A stretch of DNA of 63,792 bases, the filler included, from Octopus bimaculoides (taxonomy: Eukaryota), in the NCBI RefSeq assembly GCF_001194135.2. It is 6 parts of 6 records of this genome, joined end to end, with 100 filler letters (N's around TTAATTAATTAA, not from the genome) between each part and the next. Parts side by side here need not be neighbours in the genome. Positions count along the whole stretch, not along the records: positions 1 to 19,271 come from NC_068981.1; positions 19,372 to 32,859 come from NC_068988.1; 4 more parts are not named here. The stretch is one strand, 5' to 3'. Numbering within the stretch: the first letter of the stretch is position 1; every line of letters begins with the position of its first letter. Made by a program: the position numbers and the translations under genes. The notes beneath the pieces are model-generated. The model saw nothing but the letters and a program-made list of their open reading frames with translations, ran no database searches and was not told the origin of the DNA. Shown here piece after piece: positions 11,932 to 23,960 of the stretch.

Positions 11932-12237
11932 GGTAACAGAATTGCCAGGTCGCCCTTTATGGTTGGTGTGAAGACGGTGTTGATGATGGTTTATTAAGTC
12001 ATTCTTCAGCCTCCGAAGAAGTTTGCTTGACTCAAAGGTAGAGTTATGGAGTGGCTCTTAGTGGTCCGGTGTCTTTGAAGGTCCAGCGCTAAGAGGTCCA
12101 GAAAAGGCGGGAACGCTTTGATATAGGCTGACCACGCATGCGTATGCGGGACTTCCTGCATGCCTTCCGGAAGACATGTCCCTGCGCATGTGTGGACGAA
12201 CTTCCCAAAATGGCGACTGGTATTAGACATCACTACA
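11932..12237 (-). mobile_element. Putative solo LTR or CpG-rich promoter-like island
   Basis: Minus strand runs TGTAGTG...CTGTTACC, with TATATCAAA (~12120) followed by AATAAA (~11992). GC/CpG-rich against an AT-rich background. No TSD seen. Confidence 0.45.
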
Positions 12238-12289
12238 ATTTTGTGCATAAAAATTGTTTAGGCATCCATAAAGAAGCCTAAAATTACTG

Positions 12290-12500
12290 GTTTTAAATTT
12301 TGGTACAAAGCCAGCAATTTCAGGGAGTGGGGAAAGTTGATTACATCAACCCCAATACTCAACTGGTACTTACTTTATTGACCATTAAAGGGATGAAAGG
12401 CAAAGTTGACCTTGATAGAATTCAAACTCTAAACATAAAAACAGACGAAATGTTGCTAAGCATTTTGTCCAGCACAGTAATGATTCTGCCAGCTTGTTTT
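12290..12500 (-). mobile_element. SINE family A (another copy on + at ~12935-13150)
   Basis: GGATGAAAGGCAAAGTTGACC...GATTCTGCCAGC. Confidence 0.85.
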
Positions 12501-13443
12501 TCTAGAAGCCTGTAATTATTAAGATTAATTAAAATGACTTAATGACCGTTTTATAGCTATTTCATAAGCATTAGAATTTTTATAGATATTTGGGGATTCC
12601 AATATTGTTTATGCATGGTGTATAAACAATACTTTAGGAGCCCAAGAAGAAGCATGTGACTACTAAGATTAATTAAAGTGACTTAATAGCCATTTTATTA
12701 TATATTATATAAACATAAAAAGGGTCAACATTGCAGTTTAGAGGTTTTAAATAAAATAAATGTAAATTGACTGGAAGTGATGCCAGTATCATCTCATAAT
12801 TCCATAAAAAGAACGTGAGAACATGAAGAAAATTGTTGAAATCCCTTAATTTTATTTACAGAATTCCTTCATTATGCAGCTTCCACAAGCACCAACTAGT
12901 ACAGTGTCTTTAATAATATTTTAAGTATCCCAAGGAGGCAAGCTGCCAGAAATGTGAGCATGCCAGGCAAAAAGCTTAGTGGTATTTCATCTACCTTTGC
13001 ATTCTGAGTTCAAATTCTGCCAAGTTCAACTTTGCCTTTCATCCTTTTGGGGTCGATAAATTAAGTACCAGTTGTGTATTGGAGTCGATCTAATCAATTG
13101 GCCTCCTTCCCAAAAATTTCTGGCCTTGTGCCTTGAGGAGAAAAGAATATTTTAAGTATTTCAAAAAAAGCAGTCAAGGTATACTATTCCAATGTACTAC
13201 ACTCAGCAACACACACCACAGTGAAAGCAATACATTGGCTTGCATGTCAATGCATGAAAGTCAATATAGTTACATGTACACAATGCTGTAACCCTGCATG
13301 ACAAATGAGCTGCACAGAGTGAACCAACAGGAAGCAGCATTGCTGTTCCGGTTGATTCGCATTCTATACATTGGTTATGCTACATAGATTGTTTACATGA
13401 AATTATCAGATTTCATTGTTGTCACCTCTGGTCAATTTCCTGC

Positions 13444-13692
13444 CATCATCATCATCATCATCATCATCATTTAATGTCTGTTTTGCATGCTGGCATGGGT
13501 TGGATGGTTTGATAGAAGTTGACCAGCTGGAGAGCTGCCTGGTTTCTATTTGTCTGTTTCAGCATGGTTTCTATGGATGGATGCCCTTCCTAATGTAAAT
13601 CACTTTACAGAGTGTGCTGGGTGCACTGACATGGGCATTTTTACGTGGCACTGACATAGACACTTTTACATAGCACCAGCACAAGTGCTTTT
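13444..13692 (-). mobile_element. RTE-type 3' end abutting a mariner
   Basis: (CAT)n followed by GCATGGGTTGGATGG...GGATGCCCTTCCTAA. Confidence 0.8.
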
Positions 13693-14824
13693 ATGAAGGA
13701 ACAGTGTGCTTCCATGAAATTCTATTTTCTGTTGGGGAAAATGGTGACTAAAACAGTTGTTATGCTTCAAACAGCTTACAAGGACACTGCCATGGGCAAA
13801 ACACAAGTTTACAAGTGGTTTTCACACTTTAGGAATGGTCATTTGTCGCTTGAGGACTCAACCTTGTTCAGGGCGACTGTCAACCTCTCAAATGAATGAA
13901 AACATCATGAAAATTCATGAACTGATCTTGGAGGACTGTCACTGAACAATTGACAAACTTGTTAATATGATTGGTTTGTTCTGGAACTCCTGCCAATGAA
14001 TTTTGAGTGAGGAATTGCAAATGAAAAGAGTTGTTGCAGCAAAATTTGTGCTTCGCTTGCTCACAGGAGATCAAAAGCAGTCACAACTCAGTGCATGCCG
14101 TGAACAGGAAGAACATTCAGAAGTTGATTTGGACCTTTTTCTGAAGGTCATCACTGGTGATGAAAGCTGCTGCCATGGCTACAACCTGGAAATGAAGCAG
14201 CAGTCAAATCAATGGAAACATTTAATGTCACCACACCTCCACCCCACCAAAAAGCACGTCAAGTGAAGTCTAATGTCAAGACAATATTGGTTTGTTTCAT
14301 CAATGAGAAAGGAATTGTCCGCATAGAATTTCTTTTTCTTGGTCTAACTGTTAACCAGACATTGTACTTGGCAGTTCTGAAACGTTTGTGAGACGTGGTG
14401 AGACGAAAATGCCCCAATCTGTGGCAAAGTGGAGAGTGGTGGTTTCGTCATGACAATGCACTTGTGCACACCACCTTGAGTGTGAGACAGTTTTTGACCA
14501 AAAATGGCATGACTCCACTTACCCACCCTCCCTATTCATCCAGTCTTGCTCCCTGCAACTTTTTTTGTTCCTCGCAATGAAAAAAGTTTTTAAAGAAAAA
14601 ACGTTTTGCAGATGTGGAAGAGGCGAAGAAAAAACGGACAGAAGTGTAAGAAGGCATCACTTCACAAGAGTCCCAGAACCGTTTTAAACAGTGGAAAGTG
14701 TGTTTGGATTGATGCATTGCTTCAAATGGAGAATACTTTGAAAGCAATAAAAGTGTAAACATGTAAAGCTATGTGAATAAAATAATATTGTAAAATTCCG
14801 GTTTCTTTTCAGTACCCCCTTGTA
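13693..14824 (+). mobile_element. Mariner (DD34D-type) transposase relic with 3' TIR; 5' TIR absent
   Basis: QVYKWFSHFRNG, ITGDES, HDNA, HPPYSSSLAPCNFF and GEYFE are spread across frameshifted ORFs. Ends ...AGTACCCCCTTG followed by TA. Confidence 0.9.
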
Positions 14825-14884
14825 TGTGTACATATAGACGCATACATGCATATATTTATATGCACATATGCACATATATGCATG

Positions 14885-14916
<32 letters not shown>

Positions 14917-15028
14917 AACACAAATGTATATTATTATTTACAAATCATATTTAGCTAGACACTATTTGTTAGATTTGTAATCAAAATTCAAAAAAGTGTT
15001 ACACAAAAGAGAGAGAGGGGAGGGGAGA

Positions 15029-15065
<37 letters not shown>

Positions 15066-15863
15066 TATATGTGTGAATGTGTATGTGAGTGCATATGTGA
15101 GTGTATATATAATAGGAATAAAGTAGGATATAACACTACTAAGATTACTCCTTTGAAAACAATAAAATTTCAATCAGCTGATTTTATTGGAGTTAACTCC
15201 CTTGCTTGTTTTTCTTTTTCAAGACATTTAAAGACTCCTTGAGGGAAATTTCATCTACTGACTGCATGAATAACCTCAGTTAATTGAAGTTTTTTTGACT
15301 CATTATAGTACATACGTTAGACCCTTCAGTATATATGTTTAGTATGCAGAACACACCCCTGGGGTACACAACATTGCTTGCTCTTCCATGTCTCCCTTCT
15401 ATCTGATTGGCTAAAAAAAAAAATGAAATAAGGACCAAAAAAACAAAATTGCTTGAAACTGGAATTTGATTAGCTAATCAACCATTGCACTAGAATTGTT
15501 GATCACTCACTCACACATACACTCTCTCTTTCTCTCTCTTCTCTCTCTCTCTCTCTCTCACTCACGCACACATGCATACTTTCTCTTTCTCTGTCCTTCT
15601 CTGTGTAAAATTCTTTTTCCTATTTGTTCTGTTTGTCAGTTAATCCATCATTAACAGCATGCTACCACTTTCTCATTTGTCTATTCTGCAGGGGTTTGGT
15701 TAGTTGGTTGGTCTGTTGGAGAGGATTTTGTTTTTTGACCTTATTTTTTGTTTCCCCTTCCTCCTTACTTGATTTATCTATAAATAGAACATTAGGTGCT
15801 TACAAGATAGATAATGTGAACTACAAAAGTCCTTATACCTATTGATCCAGTACTCTCCAATAT

Positions 15864-15900
<37 letters not shown>

Positions 15901-16659
15901 ACCAGCCAACCAGCCAGCNNNNNNNNNNNNNNNNNNNNNNNNNNNNNNNNNNNNNNNNNNNNNNNNNNNNNNNNNNNNNNNNNNNNNNNNNNNNNNNNNN
16001 NNNNNNNNNNNNNNNNNNNNNNNNNNNNNNNNNNNNNNNNNNNNNNNNNNNNNNNNNNNNNNNNNNNNNNNNNNNNNNNNNNNNNNNNNNNNNNNNNNNN
16101 NNNNNNNNNNNNNNNNNNNNNNNNNNNNNNNNNNNNNNNNNNNNNNNNNNNNNNNNNNNNNNNNNNNNNNNNNNNNNNNNNNNNNNNNNNNNNNNNNNNN
16201 NNNNNNNNNNNNNNNNNNNNNNNNNNNNNNNNNNNNNNNNNNNNNNNNNNNNNNNNNNNNNNNNNNNNNNNNNNNNNNNNNNNNNNNNNNNNNNNNNNNN
16301 NNNNNNNNNNNNNNNNNNNNNNNNNNNNNNNNNNNNNNNNNNNNNNNNNNNNNNNNNNNNNNNNNNNNNNNNNNNNNNNNNNNNNNNNNNNNNNNNNNNN
16401 NNNNNNNNNNNNNNNNNNNNNNNNNNNNNNNNNNNNNNNNNNNNNNNNNNNNNNNNNNNNNNNNNNNNNNNNNNNNNNNNNNNNNNNNNNNNNNNNNNNN
16501 NNNNNNNNNNNNNNNNNNNNNNNNNNNNNNNNNNNNNNNNNNNNNNNNNNNNNNNNNNNNNNNNNNNNNNNNNNNNNNNNNNNNNNNNTATATATATATA
16601 TATATATATTTGTAGGGCAAATAAGAAAGTGGAGAGGATATTAAGTTGACAGACATCAG

Positions 16660-17640
16660 CCGGTAAACATTCCAGTATGTCTATTTATTCAAATGTATTG
16701 CATGAATACACACACATATATTAATGGTACAGATTATCAAGTAGAAAAAGTTGGTAGTTGCATAAACAAGGGTGTGGGAGCATATAAGCATATAGAAACA
16801 AGGGAGCAATTGAGCAAATGAACAGATTGTAAAAAAACTGAATGGGTGTGCAGGTGCTAGTTCCTTACGGCCGTTTCTGCCAAGAGACAACAAAAACTTC
16901 CAGGTTATTTCCATCTCTTCAGTGTTATGCAAGGATGAGCAGATAAGGCTTGGCTAATGAATGTGCCCCTAGGCTTCTTCAGAGGGTCTAAGTGGTTGGT
17001 GGGGCTAACACATATAAAAGTCAGTTAATAATAGCTATAGTGTGTTTGTCTTTTTAAAATAGAGTAGAAAAAGAATAATAGTAAGAATAAGAACAAGCAC
17101 AAGAATACAAGTGAAGTACATCATAGTATAATGATTTGGGCATAGCAAGGGGAAATAAGATACAGACTTCCCATGATGTATTATAAGATCCGTGTTATTT
17201 CATCCAGTGGTGGATAGGTGAATATAGTCGTTCTCAGGAGGAGTTTTTCAGGAACTTCAGTGGTGTGTTTGATGGTATGGTCTGTGTTACGGAGGTGAAA
17301 GTTTATATGTAAAGTGCCAGTTAGTAGATGTAACGTTGCAGAGGGTATGGCATAAGCAATTTATGATGATGAACCCAGCTTGGGAAATTTGGTATATGAG
17401 TGTATCAATGAGAAAAGGAACCAGGGGAGGCCAAAGTGTGATGTTAGTGTTTGTTACTTTTTTACCAATCAACAAGTCTCAAAATCCCTATGTGTAGTGG
17501 GGTGGGGTCAAGGTCAGTCCTACAACCTAATTGGTCAGCTCTTATTCGAAAACAATGACTTGGTTCTGGTTCGTTGATGTTTAATAAATAAAACAATGGC
17601 CAGCAGGGGCAAGTGAACGAGCGAAGAAAAACAAATAAAA
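16660..17640 (-). mobile_element. Second decayed Penelope-like element (3' part)
   Basis: Minus-strand ITLWPPLVPF (cf. PPLVAF) and a Cys/His-rich linker, plus a hammerhead-like motif near the 3' end (16863-16926). Confidence 0.5.
16863..16926 (-). ncRNA. Degenerate hammerhead motif
   Basis: CUGAAGA, ~38-nt stem II region, GAAAC with palindromic ACGGCCGU, then A (GUA triplet). Stem I is weak. Confidence 0.45.
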
Positions 17641-17641
17641 C

Positions 17642-17779
17642 AAATAAATAAGACAACTAAAGCAACTAAAACTATGGGAAGAGAATCCTATAGGACAGCA
17701 TTTTATTTTTATTTTTATTATGCTGTCCTATAGGATTCTTTTACCAGAGTTTTAGTTGCTTTAGTTGTCTTGTTTATTT
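17642..17779. repeat. Fold-back: 60-bp arms, 18-bp T-rich spacer
   Basis: 17642-17701 matches the reverse complement of 17720-17779 with ~5 mismatches. Confidence 0.9.
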
Positions 17780-17813
17780 ATTTATAGTAAAAGAATAAAA
17801 GAATAAAGGAACA

Positions 17814-18670
17814 TATAATGATTCCAGAAGTCTTGAGACTTTTTCAGAAGAGACATTTCTTGATTTCAAAGAAATTTCAAAATTCAAATTTTCATCAGAG
17901 TAGGACCCTCTGACTTTAATGCACTTGTTGTAGTGCTGTGGCCACTTTGTGAAAGTCTCATAGAAGTCCTCCAAAGTGAAGGTGTCTGAGACCCTAATCA
18001 CAGCTTCTTTTATCTTCCCCTTCAGCTTGGGAAATAACCAAAAGTCACAGGGAGCAAGGTCTGAACTGTGGGGAGTTTGAGGGACAGTTTTGATGCCCAT
18101 CTTTGTTAAGTAGTTTGGTTACCAGGATGGAATTGTGGACTGATGCATTGGCTTAGTGCAGGAGCTCTGATGTTTTGCAACAAAATGTCTTTATGAATTC
18201 CCTCCAAACCTCCTCAGGGTACTCTTTGTCGACCATCTGGCCAGAAAGAACCCAGTGGGTGTAGATAATGCTCTTTTTATTGTAAAAGGGATCGTCATGA
18301 GCTTTCCCACGGACTTGCTTTGCCTGGCTTCTTGTACCAGCAAAAAACAGATGCTCAGCACATAAAAGTTAATTCATAAGCAGTCTGTAGCATTTTTTAG
18401 CCAGTTTAACACAAAACTTCATTGCATAGCAAACTTCCAAATTATCTTCATGTCCTGAGTGCTATCTGCAGATTAGTCAGCTGTGACATGCAATGTTTAG
18501 TGATGTGTGTTCAAAGTGCTGTTACAGCTGTCTCCGTCAATCTGGAATTACAGAGGTAGGCAGATCCGCTTACTAGAAATATAGTAAGGATATGCTAAAA
18601 CCACAATAATCTAGAACAGTTACAACTGCCATTCCTAAAATAATCTTAAAGCTTCTAGAATGTACCTCAT
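17814..18670 (-). mobile_element. Internally deleted mariner with both imperfect TIRs
   Basis: PHSSDLAPCDFWLFPKLK...YNKCI. Left end TATAATGATTCCAGAAGTCTTGAGACTTTT versus right end (reverse complement) TATGAGGTACATTCTAGAAGCTTTAAGATT. Confidence 0.8.
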
Positions 18671-19109
18671 ATATATATATGTCGTTCGATCTAACTCTCC
18701 CTCTTTCTCCCTCTCTTTCTCGCTCATTTATTATTGTCATTTATTCATCCATTTATCTAATTTTGTCACAGTTTGGCTGGCCGAAAACTCTTGGTTATTG
18801 CTTTAGTTAAGAATTCAAATGCCCAATTCTATCTCATTATTATCATCAATATTCTCTCACACCGGCAGCCTGAGTTTTTGCTGTTTCGCGGTGTGCCCAC
18901 CACCTGTACCGGAAGTCTCTATCCTCTGACCTCTATTAAATGTCTCTCCCATGAACACCTCCAAAGGCTTACTGTTTCCCCATCCCTACGTAGGGCTTAT
19001 CTCCTATGTAATGTAGTGATTATGTAGCACATAAAATAATGGTGTAATGTATGCAGGTTGAAAGCTATTGTATATTTATGAGTTCTGCCAAATGCAAGCT
19101 TTCTTTTCA

Positions 19110-19235
19110 GATACATGACACTGCTGTCCGCCATCCCAGGGTCTCACGGGCCCACACCTCCGATACCTTCAGAGTTGGCACACTTAATGTTGGCACACTT
19201 AATGTTGGCACATTGAAAGGTAGGTCTGGTGATGG
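19110..19235 (+). mobile_element. RTE ORF N-terminal fragment
   Basis: FRVGTLNVGTLNVGTLKGRSG (APE motif I with a 15-bp tandem duplication), running into (GAT)n. Confidence 0.75.
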
Positions 19236-19315
19236 TGATGATGATGATGATGATGATATATATATATATATNNNNNNNNNNNNNNNNNNNNNNNNNNNNN
19301 NNNNNNNNNNNNNNN

Positions 19316-19327
19316 TTAATTAATTAA
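19316..19327. other. Assembly placeholder TTAATTAATTAA in a 44N+12+44N gap (also at 32904, 52401, 53763, 62637)
   Basis: The identical 12-mer, with stops in all six frames, is centred in five 100-bp gaps. Confidence 0.95.
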
Positions 19328-19371
19328 NNNNNNNNNNNNNNNNNNNNNNNNNNNNNNNNNNNNNNNNNNNN

Positions 19372-19422
<51 letters not shown>

Positions 19423-19571
19423 GATAGATAGATGGATAGATAGATAGATAGATAAATAAATAGATAGATGGATAGATAGATAGATAGATAGATAGATAGA
19501 GAGATAGATAAATAGATAGATAGATAGATAATAAAAACTTACTTGGAAATGGATGCGTGGCGTTCAATCAT

Positions 19572-19602
<31 letters not shown>

Positions 19603-19612
19603 CAACAACAAC

Positions 19613-19665
<53 letters not shown>

Positions 19666-19679
19666 TGATAATACATACA

Positions 19680-19710
<31 letters not shown>
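19372..19710. repeat. Compound microsatellite (TAGA)n, (AAT/AAC)n, (TACA)n
   Basis: Direct reading. Confidence 0.95.
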
Positions 19711-19717
<7 letters not shown>

Positions 19718-20004
19718 GGGTTGAATTAATGGGTTATATACATGTATTTATTTATTATAGACTTTCAGATATTTATTGTGCTGCGATCACGGTTCAACGT
19801 TATCAACGAATCAATCAATTGATCGCCTGAAAATATATGGAATGGTATGTATGATAACATCCAGATCAGAGCCATAAGAAACCAACTGATAAGAAAAAGA
19901 AGGAAAGAAAAGAAAAAGTATGGAATTTGGTCAGTGTGGATGGCTACAGAATTAGATCACATGTTTCTAGCCATCAGTCTTAACATTTTCTTCTCTCTGA
20001 CGAC

Positions 20005-20255
20005 AGTTGACAAGCGCGGACAGAATTTTACACGCCTTTAGTCGAGCAAATCGACCCCAGGACGTATTCTTTCTAAGCCTAGTACTTATTTTATAGGTCT
20101 CTATTACCGCAAAGTTACGGGGACGTAAACACACCAGCATCGGTTGTCAAGCGATGTTGGGGGGACAAACACTGACACACTGACACACTGACACACACAC
20201 ACACACACACACACATACACACACACATATATACGACTGGCTTACCACAGCCACT
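20005..20255 (-). mobile_element. SINE family B, partial
   Basis: AAGTTACGGGGACGTAAACACACCAGCATCGGTTGTCAAGCGAT is the reverse complement of the family B core. Confidence 0.85.
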
Positions 20256-20553
20256 GCTGCGCCTATATGCATATATATATATATATAATATATNNNNNNN
20301 NNNNNNNNNNNNNNNNNNNNNNNNNNNNNNNNNNNNNNNNNNNNNNNNNNNNNNNNNNNNNNNNNNNNNNNNNNNNNNNNNNNNNNNNNNNNNNNNNNNN
20401 NNNNNNNNNNNNNNNNNNNNNNNNNNNNNNNNNNNNNNNNNNNNNNNNNNNNNNNNNNNNNNNNNNNNNNNNNNNNNNNNNNNNNNNNNNNNNNNNNNNN
20501 NNNNNNNNNNNNNNNNNNNNNNNNNNNNNNNNNNNNNNNNNNNNNNNNNNNNN

Positions 20554-20620
<67 letters not shown>

Positions 20621-21097
20621 GCGTATTTATGCATATGTGTTTTGTATATGTCATAATATTCTTTAAAGTTAAAACTTTCGCACGGTTCGGTTCGTCAGTC
20701 ATTGCTTTGAGGTCATGTCCTTTAAATTACTCTTTTGTAACTCAATGTATTCCGAGTACGCAAACATAGCTATACACGCACGTTCACATACGAAACAAAA
20801 CCACGTGCGTACGCACGAATATGAATGTGTATAAGTGTGATTTCGTACATACATATATATATATATGCACACGTATATATTTATACATAGAAGAATATAT
20901 ATATGTATATATGTATATATATGTGTGTGTATGTGTTTGTGTGTGTGTGTACTACAGCGTGTCTATTTAAAGTGTTACCAGATTACTTCTACGTGATATA
21001 ATTTTAAAATTAGATACGCGCGCGCGCGCACATACTCTCACATACACACACAGACACAAATGCAGTCAAATGTAGAAAAACACTCAAACACACACAC

Positions 21098-21136
<39 letters not shown>

Positions 21137-21253
21137 CATATATATGTATATATATATATATATGTATATATATTATATACATATATATATATATATATAT
21201 ATACATACACNNNNNNNNNNTATATATATACATACACATATATATATACATAC

Positions 21254-21325
<72 letters not shown>

Positions 21326-21634
21326 ATTTATTAATGCAAAATACCATTCCATTTAATGCCATCATTGTGTTGTTATCTCTGACCTTTTGGCAGGGAAAGA
21401 GCTGGGCAACTTAGTTGCATTGTTTTAATTTATTATTAATCCTTCTTCTTCTTATTCTTATTATTATTATTAACATCATTATTATCATTATCATTATTAT
21501 TGTTGTTGGTGTTACATTGTTGTTGCTGTAGCTATTTCTACTACTACTACTACTACTACTACTGCTAATTCTACTATTGTTGTTATTACTTTTTGTTGTT
21601 TCTTTGTGTGTTTCTGAGTGTGAGTTTGTCTGCG

Positions 21635-21679
<45 letters not shown>

Positions 21680-22177
21680 TTCCTGTCTTTGGTTACGTCG
21701 CAACGTGGCCCTGGTTTTTGACTTCGTAATTATTACACGCTGACATTTCTGTTTCCCAAAATATCTGTGATGTCTCTTAAGCGCCGTTGTATGTATACAT
21801 CAGTAGACATGTATATNNNNNNNNNNNNNNNNNNNNNNNNNNNNNNNNNNNNNNNNNNNNNNNNNNNNNNNNNNNNNNNNNNNNNNNNNNNNNNNNNNNN
21901 NNNNNNNNNNNNNNNNNNNNNNNNNNNNNNNNNNNNNNNNNNNNNNNNNNNNNNNNNNNNNNNNNNNNNNNNNNNNNNNNNNNNNNNNNNNNNNNNNNNN
22001 NNNNNNNNNNNNNNNNNNNNNNNNNNNNNNNNNNNNNNNNNNNNNNNNNNNNNNNNNNNNNNNNNNNNNNNNNNNNNNNNNNNNNNNNNNNNNNNNNNNN
22101 NNNNNNNNNNNNNNNNNNNNNNNNNNNNNNNNNNNNNNNNNNNNNNNNNNNNNNNNNNNNNNNNNNNNNNNNNNNNN

Positions 22178-22228
<51 letters not shown>

Positions 22229-23509
22229 TCATTCATTCGTTCATTCATTCTTGCTTTCTTTTCTCTTTCTATCTGCCTTCCTCTCTTATTTCTTTTCTCT
22301 CGCCTTCTATCTTCCATTTCTTTCCTTCTTTATTACCAGTTTTCTTTCTTTTCTATTTCTTTCTCTCCTTTTCTTTATTTCTTTCCTTCTTCTTCTCTCT
22401 TTTCTTCTCTCTCTCTCTTTCTCTTCCCCCTCCCTCCTCTCTCTTTGAATTTTGTTTTCTTTATTTCTCTACATCTTATTCCATTTCTTGTTTGATCTGG
22501 TTGGTCCATTAATTAATTCGTTAATTACTTCCTGTTCATATAATCAATTCTGATGATTTATAAACCTCTCCATAAGTGCAAAGACCACCCAAGGTGGTAT
22601 AAATCAGTCCTAGTTAAGATTACCATAATCGTCTCTAAACCGTCAATCTCTTCCTCCACAGAGGTACCGACTGTTGATGAGCGAGGATAAGTGACAGATG
22701 CGGGCCATACATACATACATACATACATACATACATACATACAAGTTGCAATCTGTGAGTGGAACAGTAAAAATATGCAAGACATTTCTCAAGTTCCAAA
22801 TGTGAATTTGTCAGTGTTAACTACATCTCAAAGATGGAACCTTGTATCTTTGTTGGAAGCCAATTTCCTCTTCGGTGGAAGATTTATAATAATTAGAAAT
22901 TAGAAGATACATACATACATACATATATACATACATGCATACATACATACATACATACATACGTACATACATACATACGTACATACATACATGCTTTCCA
23001 GAAGTTTATCATTTAAATATATATGAAAATGTCTAGATATGCAACTTTATACATGAGAATGGAAACCGGTAGACCGGCTCTTGTGAGTCAACATGACCCG
23101 AATAGGTAACCTTAGGAACGAAAATGCTAAAGTAACTCTGTCGCACCTCTCCGGGTCATATTTCCAGTTTGGGGATATAAGTCCCTACTGACCCTGGAGA
23201 AGGCCCTTCGAAGGGTTCCGGGCGTTGCATCTTTTTTCCCGCCAACTGACTGAAAATATTTGTAAACGAATCAAACGAATTTAATGCAATTGAATGTTAA
23301 TATGGTTTGCAGTCTAGGTTCAGTGGGGGCAGGTCATGGCCGGCCGGCCGAGCTGATGGAAGCCTACCCCAGAATATTACTGGTATTTATTGTAATCCAG
23401 TGCCATGGAATGCTGAAGGTCAACCTCGGTCAAATGATTGTCTTTATTTCTAAAGGGACATAACTCGATACCAGAATGTCTTAGTCTACCACACTACGAG
23501 TCACTCTAC

Positions 23510-23748
23510 TGTGGTAGTAGTAGTAGTAGGAGGAGGAGGAAGGAGGAAGGAAACAAGAAGAGGAGGAGGAGGAGGAAGAAAGTAAGAGGAGGAGGAAGTG
23601 GAAGAAAAGAGGAAGAGGAAAGAAGGAGAAGGAAACAGGGAAAGAGGAAAGAAAGGAGAGAAGAGGAAAAGAAGAGAAGGAAGACGAGGACGAAGAGGTG
23701 GAGAAGTGAGTAGGAAAGAAGAAAAGGAGAAAAGGAGGGAGAATGTAC

Positions 23749-23801
<53 letters not shown>

Positions 23802-23960
23802 ATGTTGCAAGAAATACAACAATCTTGATCGCCATCATCATCACCAGTTACTCTTACAGCTTCTCTTCCTCCTCCTCGTCCTCCTCTCTTCCCTCTTCCT
23901 TCTCCCCGCTACCATTCCTCCTCCCTCCTCTCTCTCCCTCCCCCTCTCTCTCCAAGGATG
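23510..23960. repeat. Mirror-like purine then pyrimidine low-complexity block (GAG/AAG/CAG/TAG, then CCT)
   Basis: Direct reading. Confidence 0.9.

Noticed and set aside
5926-19232. 13-kb inversion splitting one RTE (the 19232 end and 5925 start appear nearly adjacent in the ORF)
   Set aside because: The Penelope pLTR continues uninterrupted on both sides of the 4916-5925 insert, which an inversion would have broken.
19316-19327. Recurrent perfect TTAATTAATTAA as a biological motif
   Set aside because: Always centred in 44N+44N gaps, so it is an assembly spacer.
23202-23217. Histone 3' stem-loop
   Set aside because: Loop TCGA and stem end GGTT deviate from the consensus, and there is no histone ORF upstream.
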